Assembly: GCA_003344405.1 (NCBI GenBank) | Contig: NOWV01000175.1 | Coordinates: 124,001-164,653, forward strand | Length of the DNA stretch: 40,653 bases | Reading direction: 5' to 3' | From: Trichoplax sp. H2 | Taxonomy: Eukaryota | The notes under the pieces: model-generated | The model's database searches: none | What the model saw: only the letters and a program-made list of their open reading frames with translations | What the model was told of the DNA's origin: nothing | Shown: in pieces, positions 12,733 through 27,154 of the stretch | How positions within the stretch are numbered: the stretch's first letter is position 1 | How the letters are laid out: every line of letters begins with the position of its first letter | Translations under genes and position numbers: made by a program

Positions 12733-13399
12733 CAACTTGCTCTCTTTCTAACGGTATTAAGCTAACAGTTGATTTAGTAACATGTCCTATCGTAAGCGGT
12801 AAGCACGGCAACAATTACAGCATTAATCTCGATGGTAACAGCTTGCTCTCTTTCTAATGGTATTAACACTTAAATTAACAGCAGATTCAGTAATATCTCC
12901 TATGGCAAGTGGTAAGCACGACAACGATTGCAGCACTAATCTCGATAGAAGCAACTTGCTCTCTTTCTAATGGCATTAACACTTAAATTAACAGCAGATT
13001 CAGTAATATCTTCTATGGCAAGTGGTAAGCGCAACAACGATTGCAGCATTAATCTCGATAGAAGCAACTTGCTCTCTTTCTAATGGCATTAACACTTAAA
13101 TTAACAGCAGATTCAGTAATATCTTCTATCGTAAGTGGTAAGCACGACAACGATTGCAGCATTAATCTCGATAGAAGCAACTTGCTCTCTTTCTAACGGC
13201 ATTAAATTAACAGCAGATTCAGTAATATCTTCTATCGTAAGTGGTAAGCACGGCAACGATTGCAGCATTAATCTCGATAGTAGCAACTTGCTCTCTTTCT
13301 AACGGCATTAACCCTTCAATTAACAGCAGATTCAGTAATATCTCCTATCGTCAGCGGTAAGCATGGCAACGATTGCAGCAGAAATCTCGATCGTAGCAG
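12733..13399. repeat. Minisatellite, 6 copies of a 113-bp unit (two copies 106 bp)
   Basis: CA(A/G)CTTGCTCTCTTTCTAA starts at 12733, 12839, 12952, 13065, 13178 and 13284. Confidence 0.95.
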
Positions 13400-15510
13400 A
13401 GTGAACACTGTCGTAACATCGCCTGTGCTGTCAACTACTGCTTGTTGCCTAGTAGAGCTGATTCATTGTCACAGTTCTTATGTCTTGTTAACGTGCGTAT
13501 GATATTGTGCTTGGCTCGAGTTTTCAAATAAAGTAGATTAAAAGAAAGGAAAGCTCAAATCTCAGATTCGTGAGCTCGTTATAAATACTCACCGATTGGT
13601 GGTGTTTCTATCAACGACGATGGTGTATTATTTCAGTCTAATAGCAGGCTCATTTCGACTCCATACGCTGCCTACTACCCAGCACTGGTAGAAATCTAAG
13701 CAAATGAACTCTTCCTTGTGCTACGTTGAATTCAGTCTTTTTGCAAGCTGTAAAGAATGCCTTGAAGGCCAATGCAAAGTCCTATCAACTCTGTAGTATA
13801 GAAGACTTTCATCGGCCTCGTCCTTCCAGAGTCTGTACACTTGTACAGTATAGTAAACAGGGAGAGGATGATGTTTGCAGGAAATGCTCAAACTGCTGTC
13901 GCTGCAGTCTTGATCAAGCTTAAGGAAGAACTGTTTCCCCTTGGTCGAGAAAATGTAGGCGTAGATTTGATCCCTCTTCTGATAGACTAAATCAGTAGAA
14001 TTAATTTACATGATAATACTGTAGCCCTGTTAGTAATGGAGAGTAGATTTTGTCTTGGAAGAATGGTGATGTCACCATCTTGATTGGCAGTCTTGACTAG
14101 TCGAATGATGTTATGGCTTTTGCAATGTAGGCCGTAGTGTAAGGATTGCCGCTGTAGGCTAGGCAAGCATGGATGTTGCCTCATCGATATTTCTACTGCC
14201 TATATAGCTTGATGAATATGAGCAATCACGATAGAAATAAGGCAAAATCAACAATCAAGTTGGTCTTGAAGTGGGCCTTTTCGTCTTACTTCCATCATGG
14301 CGGAATGAACCATCGAAAGCAAGCGAGCAAAATGGATGTCACTATAACAATATACTGTAGAACGTGGCTGATGAAGGCGTGTAGACCACCCGACTGTCTT
14401 TGTCAACGACTTGATAATAAACCCTATATCGCCATCAACACTACGCGACACATACTAGGCTAGCACTATACACCGTTGATGAGAACGTTCGGCCACTACA
14501 TCCAGTACTGAGCTCGAATTCATTAAAGGAAACCTTCTCTCTCTCCAGTTTCTACCTCTATTCTCTTCACTTTAGACTTGTTCTCCTTGATTTTGGGTTG
14601 AAATCCTTCTCTATTCCATATAAGTCAATTAATTAATTAATAAAGGACATCATCATGGCTCTCCATTAACCTTCATGGATGCCTTTTACAACGATGACGT
14701 CACAGCAAGAGGATTGTACTGTAGGACAGCTGGAGCTGAGGAAAAGAGATGTCGCAGGGTTGTCGATTAAGACTGACTGAAACGTGACTTGAGAGTACAG
14801 TTTACTGTATGGATCCGAAGTTGGTACAGTTCATTTAGGGTCTGATCAAGTTGTTGTTTGGGATAGGAGACTGGGCAAGTAGTCCAAATGAGTGTACCAA
14901 CAAAGTACAAACTATCTCAGTTTTAATTGAATGAAAAGCGGCCATTTCTAGACATTAATACAATATCATGGCAAGCTTACAGTATAGAAACATGGATTTA
15001 TCAATACTATAGAGAAAAAACTAGTCTTGCCCACTGCCCAATCGAATCAAGATGATGGCTAATCTATCGGCTGCAGGACTCACACCAACAAAGTGCCATG
15101 ACATCTGTTTTAAGCACACTGGAAGCTACAGTACAATCTCCAATCCAAGTACTGTAACTCTCCAGTCTACAGTACTGTACCGTACTGAACTGGCCGTCAG
15201 TCGCAAAAATAATGTCACTCTCCAGTTTGTACTGTAGCTAAAGCTGTGCTTTGTACTGTACTCTAGGCCACAGCACACACAAGCCTATTTCAACCTGGTT
15301 TACAACATGACTTACGCCCCTGCCTGAGGGACCAAGACGAAGATCAACACTCTGCAGTACTAAGTACTCTTCTACAGTACCTGTTACCTAGGATAAGGGT
15401 GACATCATTTTAGCACTGTACAGTACAGTACGGTATAGTGCCGACATCAGCAAAAAAATAAATAAATAAATTAAGTCTTCATTTACACCTAAGCTCGGAG
15501 ATAGCTAGTC

Positions 15511-18500
15511 ATGGCTACCGCAAGTTGTTCATCAGCAAATCAAAAGATCCGAATTTGGCAATTTTTAGACGTTCATTTTGGAAGTTGGCGCTATTTCTCT
15601 GCCGATCAGTGCCAATCTTTGCGACAAGGAGTTGATCGTGGCCAACAAACGGTGCAATTGCAAGGCTGCATTGTCAACTTCCTATGCAACGAGATGCAAA
15701 TCCAACAGGGTAAGAGTTCATTTTAGCATGTTTACGATGCAAAGTTGCCCTTGTCGAGTGCATGGGGTGCCATGGCTAAGCCTTTTGCCATGCAATACCT
15801 CTGTGTTCATCCTGTGTCTTGGACGGATTCAGCTTGTAGATAAAATGCCACTTGGATAGGTTGAAATGTCAGCTTTGCAGTCAAGGTTACTGTATACTTA
15901 CTTTCGTTATTGAATCTTGATAGTGTTCTATTGAAATCCTCGCTTCGCTTTGATACAGGAAAAGAAAAGTCGAAGGATGCATGTCCCACAGTCTTGTTGG
16001 AACTATAGGATTGATCGGTTGCGTAGTATAGGATCTTACTTTCGTTATTAAATCCTTCTGATACTATTAAAGTTATTCCTTAGCGTTGATACAGTCAAAG
16101 AAAAGTCGAAGGGTGGATGCCTACAGTCTTGTTGGAACCATTTCACTGATCAGTTATGTAGTGTAGACTGTTATTTTCGTTATTCAATCCTTGTTATTAG
16201 ACCTGAGTGTACTGTGAAAGAAAAGTCGAAGGATGGAACTATTTCATTTGCCTTCTTTTCATGGAGTAGCACATCCAAAACCTAGCTGTTGATATTGTTT
16301 TTATCTTAGTTTTAGCCTTTGTGGTAAATTAACCTTGGCAATGGTAAAGGTTAACTCGGTATGATCGTCAATTCGCACTGTTGCTCAAGATAATAGATAC
16401 TAACTACTACTACTTGGTAGTTGGTAGATTGTGTCAGATTTAGCGATACGTTGAGGAGTGATTAACTTATGGACTCCCTTCTTCAGATGAGATTTTAGCT
16501 CCAAACGCTCAAAAACGTGTCATCTAGCAATTCAGTTTAGTCAGACAAATCAGTAAAACGATTGCTGTAGTGTTTTATTTCCATGAATCGTTCGTTCATC
16601 ATGTATGATAGTAACGGTAGTGAGAGAGTGTGAAATAACTGTTCGATAGGCAGCTAAACTCATCAGAAAAGGGCCCCCTGGCTTGATATTAGTTCTCTCA
16701 ACCTTGTTTCCTCCTATTTGGTATACGTATTCTTTACACTTGCTGTTAGTGTTACCTATTCTTATCCAATTATCCATCGTGTGTAACAAGAATAATAATG
16801 TGTCCAATTGTGAACGTTTTACAGTAGATCAACCCAATCTGCCAACCATAATTCCGATTCGACAAATCGATATTGCAGCCGATTCCATTATCGCTGAGGG
16901 CATCGCATGGGAATGGGAAATAGAACACAATGAATGGATTCCTTATAGGGACGATGCCAATGAATTAATCGAGCGGGAATTTTCGAGAAGCAAAAACCAG
17001 TGGAAAAAGGATGTGGACTTGTCTGTCATTGGCTTACCTTATACGATCAATTATAAAAAAAACTTTCAACGAAATACTTACAGCGGTTTCAAAAGAAAAA
17101 TTCGAAGAAATATTTACGGAAGCTACAAAGATACTTTACCAATAATTACGGATAATGATATGCAAGACGATTCTCTCCATAAGAAAGAATTTTCTACAGG
17201 TTTTATTCTATAGGCCTAATAACGTAATAACTTTTCATTGACTAATTTATCTTCCAACGCTAGCAACCTACAGTAGCAAAATATAACTATGCCATAGTGT
17301 CTTGGCAGAATGTTAAAAGCATGTTCTCCTTAACGCTGTCGATTGAGATTTAATGAACCGAAATGATCCCAAAGAGTAATTGTAACAAATTCTTCGTAGG
17401 CAACAACGACGATCTTAAAGGGACAAACTCTTCTGCAATTGAAAAGAAAGGAGAAAACTCAGAAAAGACGGCCGTTGATTTGACTCAGTCGCCACGTAGT
17501 AATGTTTCAGCATGGGATCGGAAATTGCATAAGCAAAAGTATAAACAGCTAGCTGATTTTATCTTACCAGTTGATAATCAACAATTGCCTGATGAGGTAA
17601 AATGATTGAAAAATTTGTTGCTATTATGTATGATGGTATTGGATATCTACCATGGATAGATGCATATAGTAATGTTCCTTTTCCTTGATAACTGCTTACA
17701 AATGTGCGTAGGATCAATTGCAGTTTGCATATTAGTAATATATACCTCGTCTATGCGTGACAAATGATAACTTGCATCATTGAAAACTCCTAAAGTCCAT
17801 TCTAGCTCAGTAACTATAATTGAAGTTCAGTAATCATACGAAAATACATATTTTTGAGCAAGTATAACATCGATCTTTATTAAATTAAAAGTATCATCTA
17901 GCTATACAATGTTAGCTTATTTATTGTTAGCTCGCTAAAGGGTATTGGAGTTAGAGGTTAGATTGCTATAGGGTGTATGCTCGTATCTGTATTATAACTA
18001 TTGAGTATTTCGGTACAGTTATAACGTTCAAAAGTCAATAGACACATTTTTAATGCTACTGCTATTTCGATGCATGACTGTTAGTTAAAATTGACAACAT
18101 TGAAATATCATTCCACCCCTTTCAATTTTATTATTATCGTTACAGAACTGCATTATATGCTTTGAAGAAGTGACAGCTGCATCAGGCTTTAGTAACGAAG
18201 ATGAAAGTAGCAGTCGTGTCGTCATGCTTAGCCAGTGCAAGCATTATTTTCACGACGAGTGTATTTTCGCGTGTGTGCAAAGTAAAACTGTAAGACCATG
18301 ATAACGTGATAAATATTCAAGTACTAAAGGCGATTGATATTCTCACCATAATGTGTAAATGTATCTTTAGATGTAAATTTGAGATGTTAACAGTCGAATG
18401 ACTGAAATATCCACTTTTCTCAATAAATGTAACATTAGATCAAGATACAAATACTGTCCAGGACTTCTAAGTAGACAATATTGAATCAATTCAAATATTT

Positions 18501-19270
18501 AATCGCATATCAATCTTTTTTAATACAGTCTGAATTTTTAGAATGTCCAAAATGTCGCACGTTGCATGGAATAAAGACTGGTAATCAACCTGAGGGAACA
18601 ATGACCTATGTAGTACAGAATGGGATGCAAATACCTGGATTTAACTCTACATCGGCTATTGTTATTACCTATAATTTTCGAAGTGGCATACAGGTTATCA
18701 TTGTGGATTAAAATAATAAAACTTGTTGTCGGTATATGTCCAGCAGTTGGTAGGTTTATATAATGAATTAATTAATAATTATTATTCATCATTCTATGAT
18801 TTTAGGGGCCACAGCATCCCAATCCTGGTGCGAGGTACCATGCAAATGCTTTTCCCCGAGTAGCTTACTTACCAAATACTGCTGAAGGACAAGAGGTATG
18901 TGTTCCGCCCTTGATAGTTTCTTACCAAACTGCTCACTCCCGAACAGTACTACTAGCACACGTTAGGTTAGCGTATTTTGTACTGCTAGTCATGTTTATT
19001 GCATTCTAATTAGATACTGTAACTAATTACTGTGTTAAAAATTGGGTATTAATTGCACTGTAGGTACTTCGCTTACTTCAGATCGCTTGGGCACGCAGTT
19101 TAATATTTGCCATTGGACGATCATCAACAAGCGGAGCTGACAATGTTATTGTATGGAATGATATCCATCATAAAACTGAATGGCAAAGTAACTATAGTGG
19201 TCATGGCTATCCAGATCCGGACTATATAAAACGCGTAACTGAAGAATTGCATGCCCATGGAATACGCTGA
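15511..19270 (+). CDS. DTX: Deltex family E3 ligase (WWE-WWE, RING-H2, DTC), 7 exons, ~458 aa
   Basis: Exons 15511-15709, 16825(or 16828)-17199, 17400-17596, 18146-18289, 18529-18693, 18806-18895 and 19064-19270 (1377 nt, phases consistent). WWE1 IWQFLDVHFGSWRYF; WWE2 GIAWEWEIEHNEWIPY...YTINY...QRN..SGFKRKIRR; RING-H2 CIIC...CKHYFHDEC...CPKC; DTC GNQPEGTM...GPQHPNPG..AYLPN...WNDIHHKT..GHGYPDPDY. Confidence 0.93.
15895..16240. repeat. Three degenerate ~120-137-bp repeats in Deltex intron 1
   Basis: TTTCGTTATT..ATC and AAAGAAAAGTCGAAGG recur; the latter is at ~15961, ~16097 and ~16217. Confidence 0.8.
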
Positions 19271-20390
19271 ATACTTTTATGACATCAAATAATCATCTAC
19301 TAACAGATGCATAATTCATTTGGCATTATGTAATCGGATTACATGGTTTTGAGATATCCTATATATTTATTGGCCACTATAAACAATTTACTAATGGTAA
19401 TTTAGCTAGTAACTAGCTTCAATATCCTACGATTTGTTCAAGTAATGTGAGTATGTAGATCACTTACGAGTATGTATGTATATATATATGTACAAATATA
19501 TATTTGTACTGTGATAGGTCAGTAATATCAACGAAATAATACCATGCCTACGCATTTTTTTACAAATAAATGATATAACAGCAAAATGGTATCGATATGT
19601 TAAACAATAAGGCGTTCTTGTGTTTTTACCTCGTACACTTGTCGTTAATTTAGTATTTTAATACCGCATAATTGCCGTAGCATTTGTACATAAGATATTC
19701 GTATCTTTACCATATTTGGCTACTCATAACGGCTTTACAATTTATCTTTGGGTCATTATATTAGCTAGTTTAGTGAGCATTTGGCACGAAATTCATACCA
19801 GTATCTGTGTTTTTCACACACGTATATACCATCTATCTAAATATTTATATAACTTTATACGTACATATGTATACTTCATATATCTCTATTTGGCTAAATG
19901 CTTTCAGTTAGACTTGTTTAGAGAAATTCACACAAATAGCCCAGCTAAATTACATTCGTACATTGATCATTAACAAGTAATAACATCAGCATTGACAGTT
20001 TAGGTAGGAGTTCCGTGGTAAATAAACGGCAGAGATACGGTTGTGATAAGGTCTGCTAAAATTATAATCACAGACGATGATACATTACAATAAGTCCGCA
20101 ATGAAAGATCAGCTATATAATTACAATTCCAAAAAATGATGATGATTTTAAAATTCAATACGAGAATTGCATAGAACGTTAAGGAGATATTATTTCGTAT
20201 ACAGTAGACCCTAAAAATGTACTTTCTAAGGATCGATGTAGTTTTTAGTTTAGGCCAATATAATACAAATTTTTATGATATATATTTCATTTTTTCTTAA
20301 ATTAAACCCGATCTTTTCACCGGGCTTCGCAGATTTAATGGTTGTCTGAGAACATTCACCCAGTGTAATGTAGATTGTTTACACGACTTA

Positions 20391-23382
20391 TTACAATATA
20401 TGACAGCATCTACACATTCTAGTTCTTGCAGTTTCTGCTTGATCTGCTGGCGTTGCAGGAGGAAAGTATACATGAATTTGTACAGATGGTAACTGATTCT
20501 AAATAGAAAAAATACAATTATGATCGTTACACTTGAACGATTTATCGCACCAATTTTACAGTATGACATCAAAGATACATTACACACCATCAGTCTTTTA
20601 ATGCCACTTTTGGTAATGCCTTGGCAATCATACAATCCAATACGTTTCAGATTACGACATTCACTATTCAAATAAGTCGGTGAAATTTAATCAATACTTT
20701 ATAAGATTGTAATCTCTGCCAAATACAACGTTGTACTTGATAGCGTTGTTGCTACTTACTGTAGTTGGCCTAAAGTGCCGTCAGTGAGTTGTGGGCAGTT
20801 GTCGAGTTCTAAATGCTCAATATTATATTTAATAGGGCTCTGAACTATCTTACGTATGCCAGAGTCTGTTATATGCTCGCAATACGATAGAACCTAGGTT
20901 ATAAATGTCAAAATCCACGTTAATTATCCTATACAAAAAGTCGTAGCAATTAGGGGGAGACGAGATTGCTTACCAAAGAACGCAACTTTGGACAATACAA
21001 TGCCATTTCATTTAGCACATTATCTGATATCTACACAAATATATGATAACAACGTCAATAGACGACCGTTAATGCTATAAAGTTGATTACATATTATTTA
21101 ATACCCTAGCACAGTCTTCCAAGTCTAGTCGTTCAATATCGCAGCAATTCTGCATAATAAAATGATAACATTAGTGCCAGCAATTAAATCTTAGCCAATT
21201 GCTATGCTAAATGACTCTTGTCTATTCTAAAATGCGTCAGTAGCGATTTATATCACATACTTTTAACAATACTTGAAAGCCATTATCCGTTAAACTGGAA
21301 CAGTGGGCAACCTCTAATACTCTATGTTCGTTGAAATATACAAATGTGAATTGGGAGTTGTTTATGCTTGATAACTTTAAACGTTCATTAAATACCTTAA
21401 ATGTTTACAACCGTGACCCAGATACTTCAAGGAAGCATCTGTAATTAGGTCGCACTTTGACATGCATAACTCTTCTAGGCTATGACAATTTACACTAACT
21501 CCTTCAACAGAAACATCATGGATACCCTAACAATAAAAATAAGCTTGCTATGATAAAATGTCCATTGAAAATCAACCGATGATTAGAAACTGAATGCATT
21601 AGGAAATATCGCAATAAATTTTAGCAGCTGCATGTCTATTCCAGATAAATTACTTACTATACAGTTATGTAAATTTAAAACAACCAATTCCTTGCAATTC
21701 TTTGCTGCTGTAATAACTGCATCATCCGTTAACTAATGGATATATAAATTCAAGAACTTAAAGCAAAACATCCTATTTCAGGTATTTTCTTAGAGTGTAT
21801 ATCACTCACCTGAGTGCAACCTTTCATTAGTAGAGTTCGAAGTTTTGGGCACTCCTTCGTTAAATTCTTGATGCCACTATCAGTAATCCGATTACACCAT
21901 GAAATATCTAAATAACTTAATGAACCGCAACCATTGCTACGGCGTATATACAGACATCTATTAGATACATTGTGCTAGCTAACAAACTACATATAATATA
22001 GCACATGAGTGATAAGCGAACTTCATTTTATGCAGTTTCATACCCTATTGCTATTAGAGAATCATCGCCAACTCCCGAACAAGAAGATATATCTAGATAT
22101 CGTAAATAAGGGCAGTTTCTTCCAAGACTTATGCAAGTTCTAGCACATTAATAAAAAGGCAAACTTTAAAATCAAAATAGTTTATTGTGACAATACAGTA
22201 TACATAAGCAATAAAAATACGAACTTATCCGTTATAGCACTGCATCCCTCTAACTTTAGTGCTTCTATGTATCGGCAATGTTGGGAAAATGTCCTGAATA
22301 ATTGAATTCCATAATACGTGATCAAATATTTGTGGTTTCAAATATAAATAAATAATTAAGATTATAATGAAGTCGGAAAAATTTTAAAACATACTCTAAA
22401 GCATTATCTCCAACTTTTATGCATCCTCGAATATTAAGCGTTTTCAAAAAGCCTCCACAACGTTGTGCAATCCTCTCGATAACTTTACACTAGGATGATG
22501 CATGAACAATGCTTCATTAATGATAGCTATCGTATACAGTCAATAATATTGCTTAAGTAGCCACTTTGGCTATATCAAACTTAAGTTAATATAGCGTTAA
22601 ATTTGTATATCAATATCAACGGCATTGGTATTCATACTTCAATATCTTTTTGAAAGCAAAAGAGATCTACATGTTGCCAATTACTACCATCCAAAGCTAA
22701 AGTATTCCAGGTCTAAACCATGATAATATATGTAATGCGCAATTCCATATAGATTAGTACAAAATTATGCTGATGATGTCATGAATATTTTCTAGGTGAG
22801 TACAATGTAGCAAAATTGAATTCATCTTACCCTACAAACTTGTGCACATCGACAGAGCGTCACTGTGTCTAAAAAGGAGAATATCCTGAAAAATGATAGA
22901 ATAGCGATGTCAATGGAAATTTTGAATACTTGACGTATACTATCGACGGTACTTGTGGCAATCACTAAGCTTGGGCTTTCCTTTTTTATTAAACTACGTC
23001 ATCCATTTATGAGAAATGTTGTCTATAGTTCAAACTGGCAGGACTGATTTATATTTAAGGATAATCTCTATTCTAAAACAATAAAATTTTACTACCACTT
23101 TATTAGTCATTTTATAGTTATAGATATATTTCCTTATTATAATTTTACAATTGGAACATGATAAACTTGAGCCTACGACCTAACGATGATTGATACAATT
23201 TCGCCGGTACGAAAGCGTACTAATTACCTCAACTAATTAATAAATGGTGTCCTATACAATTTACCGTTTAATTCGTTACAAAGTGAAAGTTGATGAAAAA
23301 AATTAGCTTACTTTAGAGTTATTTCCTTCGGCAGCTTACGGATATTATCAATGCAATCCGGTTGTTTCGATTGCGATAAATT
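20391..23382 (-). CDS. FBXL20: F-box/LRR protein of the FBXL2/FBXL20 family; at least 15 exons, start exon not resolved
   Basis: Spliced translation RKLPKEITLKIFSFLDTVTLCRCAQVCRTWNTLALDGSNWQHVDLFCFQKDIECKVIERIAQRCGGFL...LDISWCNRITD...LELDNCPQLTD...LYDCQGITKSGIKRL...RMCRCCHIL*. Exons include 23382-23312, 22885-22831, 22712-22638, 22489-22395, 22293-22225, 22139-22044, 21936-21810, 21732-21658 ... 20498-20391, all GT-AG. It is probably co-orthologous to FBXL2 and FBXL20. Confidence 0.93.
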
Positions 23383-24356
23383 CTATGGACAGAGAATCAA
23401 TTTTAACTTTTAAAAATAATTTGACTTTTTTAACAAAGAGCTTGCTTTAAGTATCATTGGCAGTAAACTTTTCGTCGAGATATATATTATATACAAAAGG
23501 TTTTGAATATAATTGTATCCGTTATATACAGTATATAGCTATTGTATATATTTCTACAGTAATATACTCTTCCATTTTTTACAGGACGCTTACAATGATA
23601 GAAATGAAAGTAATGTTTTTTTTTTACATAGCAGCTCAAAGTAAGCTAGTCCTTCGGAGAGCTTTTCATTTTAAAAGGGAACGATTAATAGGTGTACTTT
23701 ATGTATAAAGTGATTCTATTCATTGGAAGTGATGGCAAGACGAAGCGTTTCAGAAAGCATTCTCTCCGTTATGCTCGAATCATAACCATCATTACATCAT
23801 GACAGTTCTTTGCCTATCGACCATCGGAACATGCATACTGCCTTCTCCGTATTTGAGTAGTCGGTAGTCTGTGCTGTGCAGTTCTAAAGCCATTCATCCA
23901 ATTCTTTACGGGTAATATCAATGTCAATGACTGTCTTAAATATATAGTTCTCATCATTTTGTACTCAGAGAGTGGATTACGGTACAAGTCAAAGACTACG
24001 ATTATGCATATCATCCATGTAATGCCCTTTCCACTCTTCCTGTCTGCATTTTTGGGTAATGCATAAAATTCGGTTGGGATCAAAACTGATGCATTCCGAA
24101 CAAAAGATACTGTATTTTGATCCATTTTTGCCAACAACTAAGGCATTACATTCATTTCTAGGCTAGCTCAACAAAAACTATCCACCGCGTCGATTTGATT
24201 ACTAGTACTAGTAGACATGAACAGAAAATTCTCTCGGCATGACATCAATAAGTTCAAAAATAGCAACAGCAGCAATGGTGATGGTTATTCCAATTAATAA
24301 ATAGGATCTGCACTCGAAGTATAGAACGTGCAGTGTAGTATTGTGTAATTTGCAAG

Positions 24357-25545
24357 CCCTTCACTCTTCATCATCTTTATCGATGATCACCATTCCGTCA
24401 TCGTAGAAAGCACTATCCTATTCATCGTCGCTGTCTAGAAATACAAGGTACGAGGATATAAAATGCACTATTACTACGATTCCGTTCATCCTAGACTGCA
24501 TTCTACAATGTCCAAGCACTTTACTCTTCATCATCTTTATTGGTGACTACTATTCCGTAATTTTATAAAGCACTTGACTACTCATCATCCTTATCTATGC
24601 AGTACAGCACAGTACAATAGGTATAAAGTAGATAAAGTGGGCTATCGCTACGATTGCGTTAACCCTATACTGTACTACAGTAGATTGTATAATTTAGCTA
24701 ATTTAGTAAATTTTACGTAATTTACGTATCCCTTTACTCTTCATCGTCCTTTATCGATGACCACCATTCCGTCATCGTAGAAAGCACTGTACTATTCATC
24801 ATCGTTGTCTATAAATACAAGGTACGAGGATATAAAGTGCGCTATTACTACGATTCCCTTCATCGTAGACTGCATTCTAAAAAGCACTTTACAATCCATC
24901 CTCGTTGTCTATAAATACATGGTACGAGGATATAAGGTGCGCTATTACTACGATTCCCTTCATCGTAGACTGCATTCTAAAATGCACTTTACTATCCATC
25001 CTCGTTGTCTATAAATACATGGTACGAGAATATAAAGTGCGCTATTACTACGATTCCCTTCATCGTAGACTGCATTGTAAAAAGCACTTTACTATTCATC
25101 CTTGTTGCCTAGAAATACAAGGTACGAGAATATAAAGTGCGCTATTACTACGATTCCCTTCATCGTAGACTGCATTGTAAAAAGCACTTTACTATTCATC
25201 ATCGTTGCCTAGAAATACAAGGTACGAGGATATAAAGTGCGCTATTACTACGATTCCCTTCATCGTGCTGTAGACTGCATTCTAAAAAGCACTTTACTAT
25301 TCGTCATCGTTGTCTAGAAATACAAGGTACGAGGATATAAAGTACGCTATTACTACGATTCCCTTCATCGTGGACTGCATTCTAAAAAGCACTTTCCTAC
25401 TCATCATCCTTCTCTATCAATATAAAGTGTACTATTACTACGATTCCGTAATGCTATACACTGCATTCTGCAATTTCCAAGCACTTTACGATTCATCGTT
25501 CTCATCTGGAAATATAACGTGCACTATTACTACGATTCCGTAATC
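24357..25545. repeat. 100-bp minisatellite (about 6 well-conserved copies plus degenerate flanking copies)
   Basis: G(T/C)CTA(T/G)AAATACA(A/T)GGTACGAG occurs at 24807, 24907, 25007, 25107, 25207 and 25312, with an older copy at ~24433. A lead-in segment is duplicated at ~24357 and ~24730. Confidence 0.95.
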
Positions 25546-27154
25546 GCCAATCTCAGTATCAGTAGCGTTGGAGCAGCTAAGCGCACCTGTCACGGGCCGA
25601 AGATTTTCAATCGTTTTGCATGACAAATGGAAACAATCGATATTATTCCTGTATTTTTATTGATATTATGATTATTTTTTCTCTTTTCCTATCTATATGG
25701 AATAGTGCTGTTGTAGTACAGTGTACATTAACCTCGAGTGTAGTCTATATTGTACTATGTCATTTTCATGTCTTGATGGCAACAGTTCCCTAGCTCTCCC
25801 CCCCCCCCAAAAAAAAAAAACTAGAGACACAATACAGTACTGTCTTGTACGGTATTCAACAAGAATCAGACATAGTACAATAGTGTAGAGAAAAGTATGG
25901 CGATTTTTTCTCTTTTTATTCATGCCAAGAGTTGTATTCCAGCCATGCTATCCGTGCATAGACACGAAAATTATTTGAAGGCAACCAAGATGTAAAATAA
26001 TGTCTTTTGGACGATTTTAAATGCAATTGATTGACTGAGAAAGGTGGGAAGGATTTTCTATTTTGATCCACTGCCTATGGTGGGGTAAAGTAGGCTCCCA
26101 ACTCTTTCACATTTATTCGTTTCTGTTTGGTAGTCAATATGCTGATGCCGGGGACTTGCCAAGTAGGGTAGTCGAGTCAGCTAACAAGAATAGTAAACTG
26201 GATCATCGTACTGGAAGCATAACACGGCAGTCGATGGAGAATAGAGTAGAGTGGAGAGCAGAGTACCTGTGCTGTGTTTACTGATGACGATAGCAAAGCA
26301 ATCGCATACAGTAGCAGTGTCTAAGCGGTACAGTACTGTAGCAGGATAGTCGAATTGAGTGAAAAACGAGAGACACGGTCGCAATATTCTCAAGATGAAC
26401 GATTTCCCAACTGAGCATCGATCATTCATCATCCAATGCTACAAGCCCTGATGATGAGAATGCCTCCTATCTCCAATCATTTATTCATTGTATGACTATG
26501 CCATGGGAAAATAGGTCCCCAAATGGGTCAAGTACAAGTGGAATGAATGAGAAAATGAAACTCGATCGCAAGTGGAAAAATGAGCCAGTGTCATCAATGC
26601 GTGGAGATACTGTACTCGTATGGTCCAGTATTTTATTATTATTATTATTTATTTACATCGACGCGTATTTCAAAACAGAGTTGACTTTTTGCAATTGATG
26701 ATTGCTTTTACGTTCAACATCCTTGATGCAGTTGATCGTTGGGCTTATTGCATGTCATGGTCAACTAGGATCGTGATGGTGTCGCGTTTGTTGGATATAA
26801 CGCTCAAAGAAGTCCATTGGTAGGCAAGCGTCGTTTGGCTAGTGAAACAAAAAAAGTTTGTGGGACAAAAATGGCAGAACCCTGTCTCACTTACCTGAAC
26901 TTTAGTCTTGCTACCGAGTGTACCAGTCATTGCATTTCTAACGTGATCCAAGCAAGATAAAGCGACTTGAAAATCGTGGGTTGTATCGAACTAGTTGGAT
27001 AGAGTTAGGATAGGACGACGTAATCTTTTTACGATAGCATTCGGCTTTCCTTGCCACTTTTATTGATTGATGATGGATAGAAATTTTCCACAGTGTTTTC
27101 AGATGAATGTGGTAATCCTGTTGTTTTGTTTTCGTCCAACTTTGAAGCACAGTG

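Noticed and set aside
12733-13399. 113-bp array as CRISPR or coding repeat
   Set aside because: No variable spacers, unit lengths of 113/106 break frame, and there are frequent stops.
1-23382. Functional cluster of ubiquitin ligase genes (MSL2, Deltex, FBXL2/20)
   Set aside because: E3 genes are numerous and these are unrelated families, so adjacency is plausibly chance without synteny evidence.
23814-24137. 107-aa minus-strand ORF as the FBXL first exon
   Set aside because: No phase-0 donor convincingly linking it to exon 23382 and no family similarity; the start is left unresolved.
24805-25543. Repeated ORFs and CRISPR-like periodicity in the 100-bp array
   Set aside because: The whole unit repeats with no unique spacers, the period is not a multiple of 3, the context is eukaryotic and there are no cas genes.
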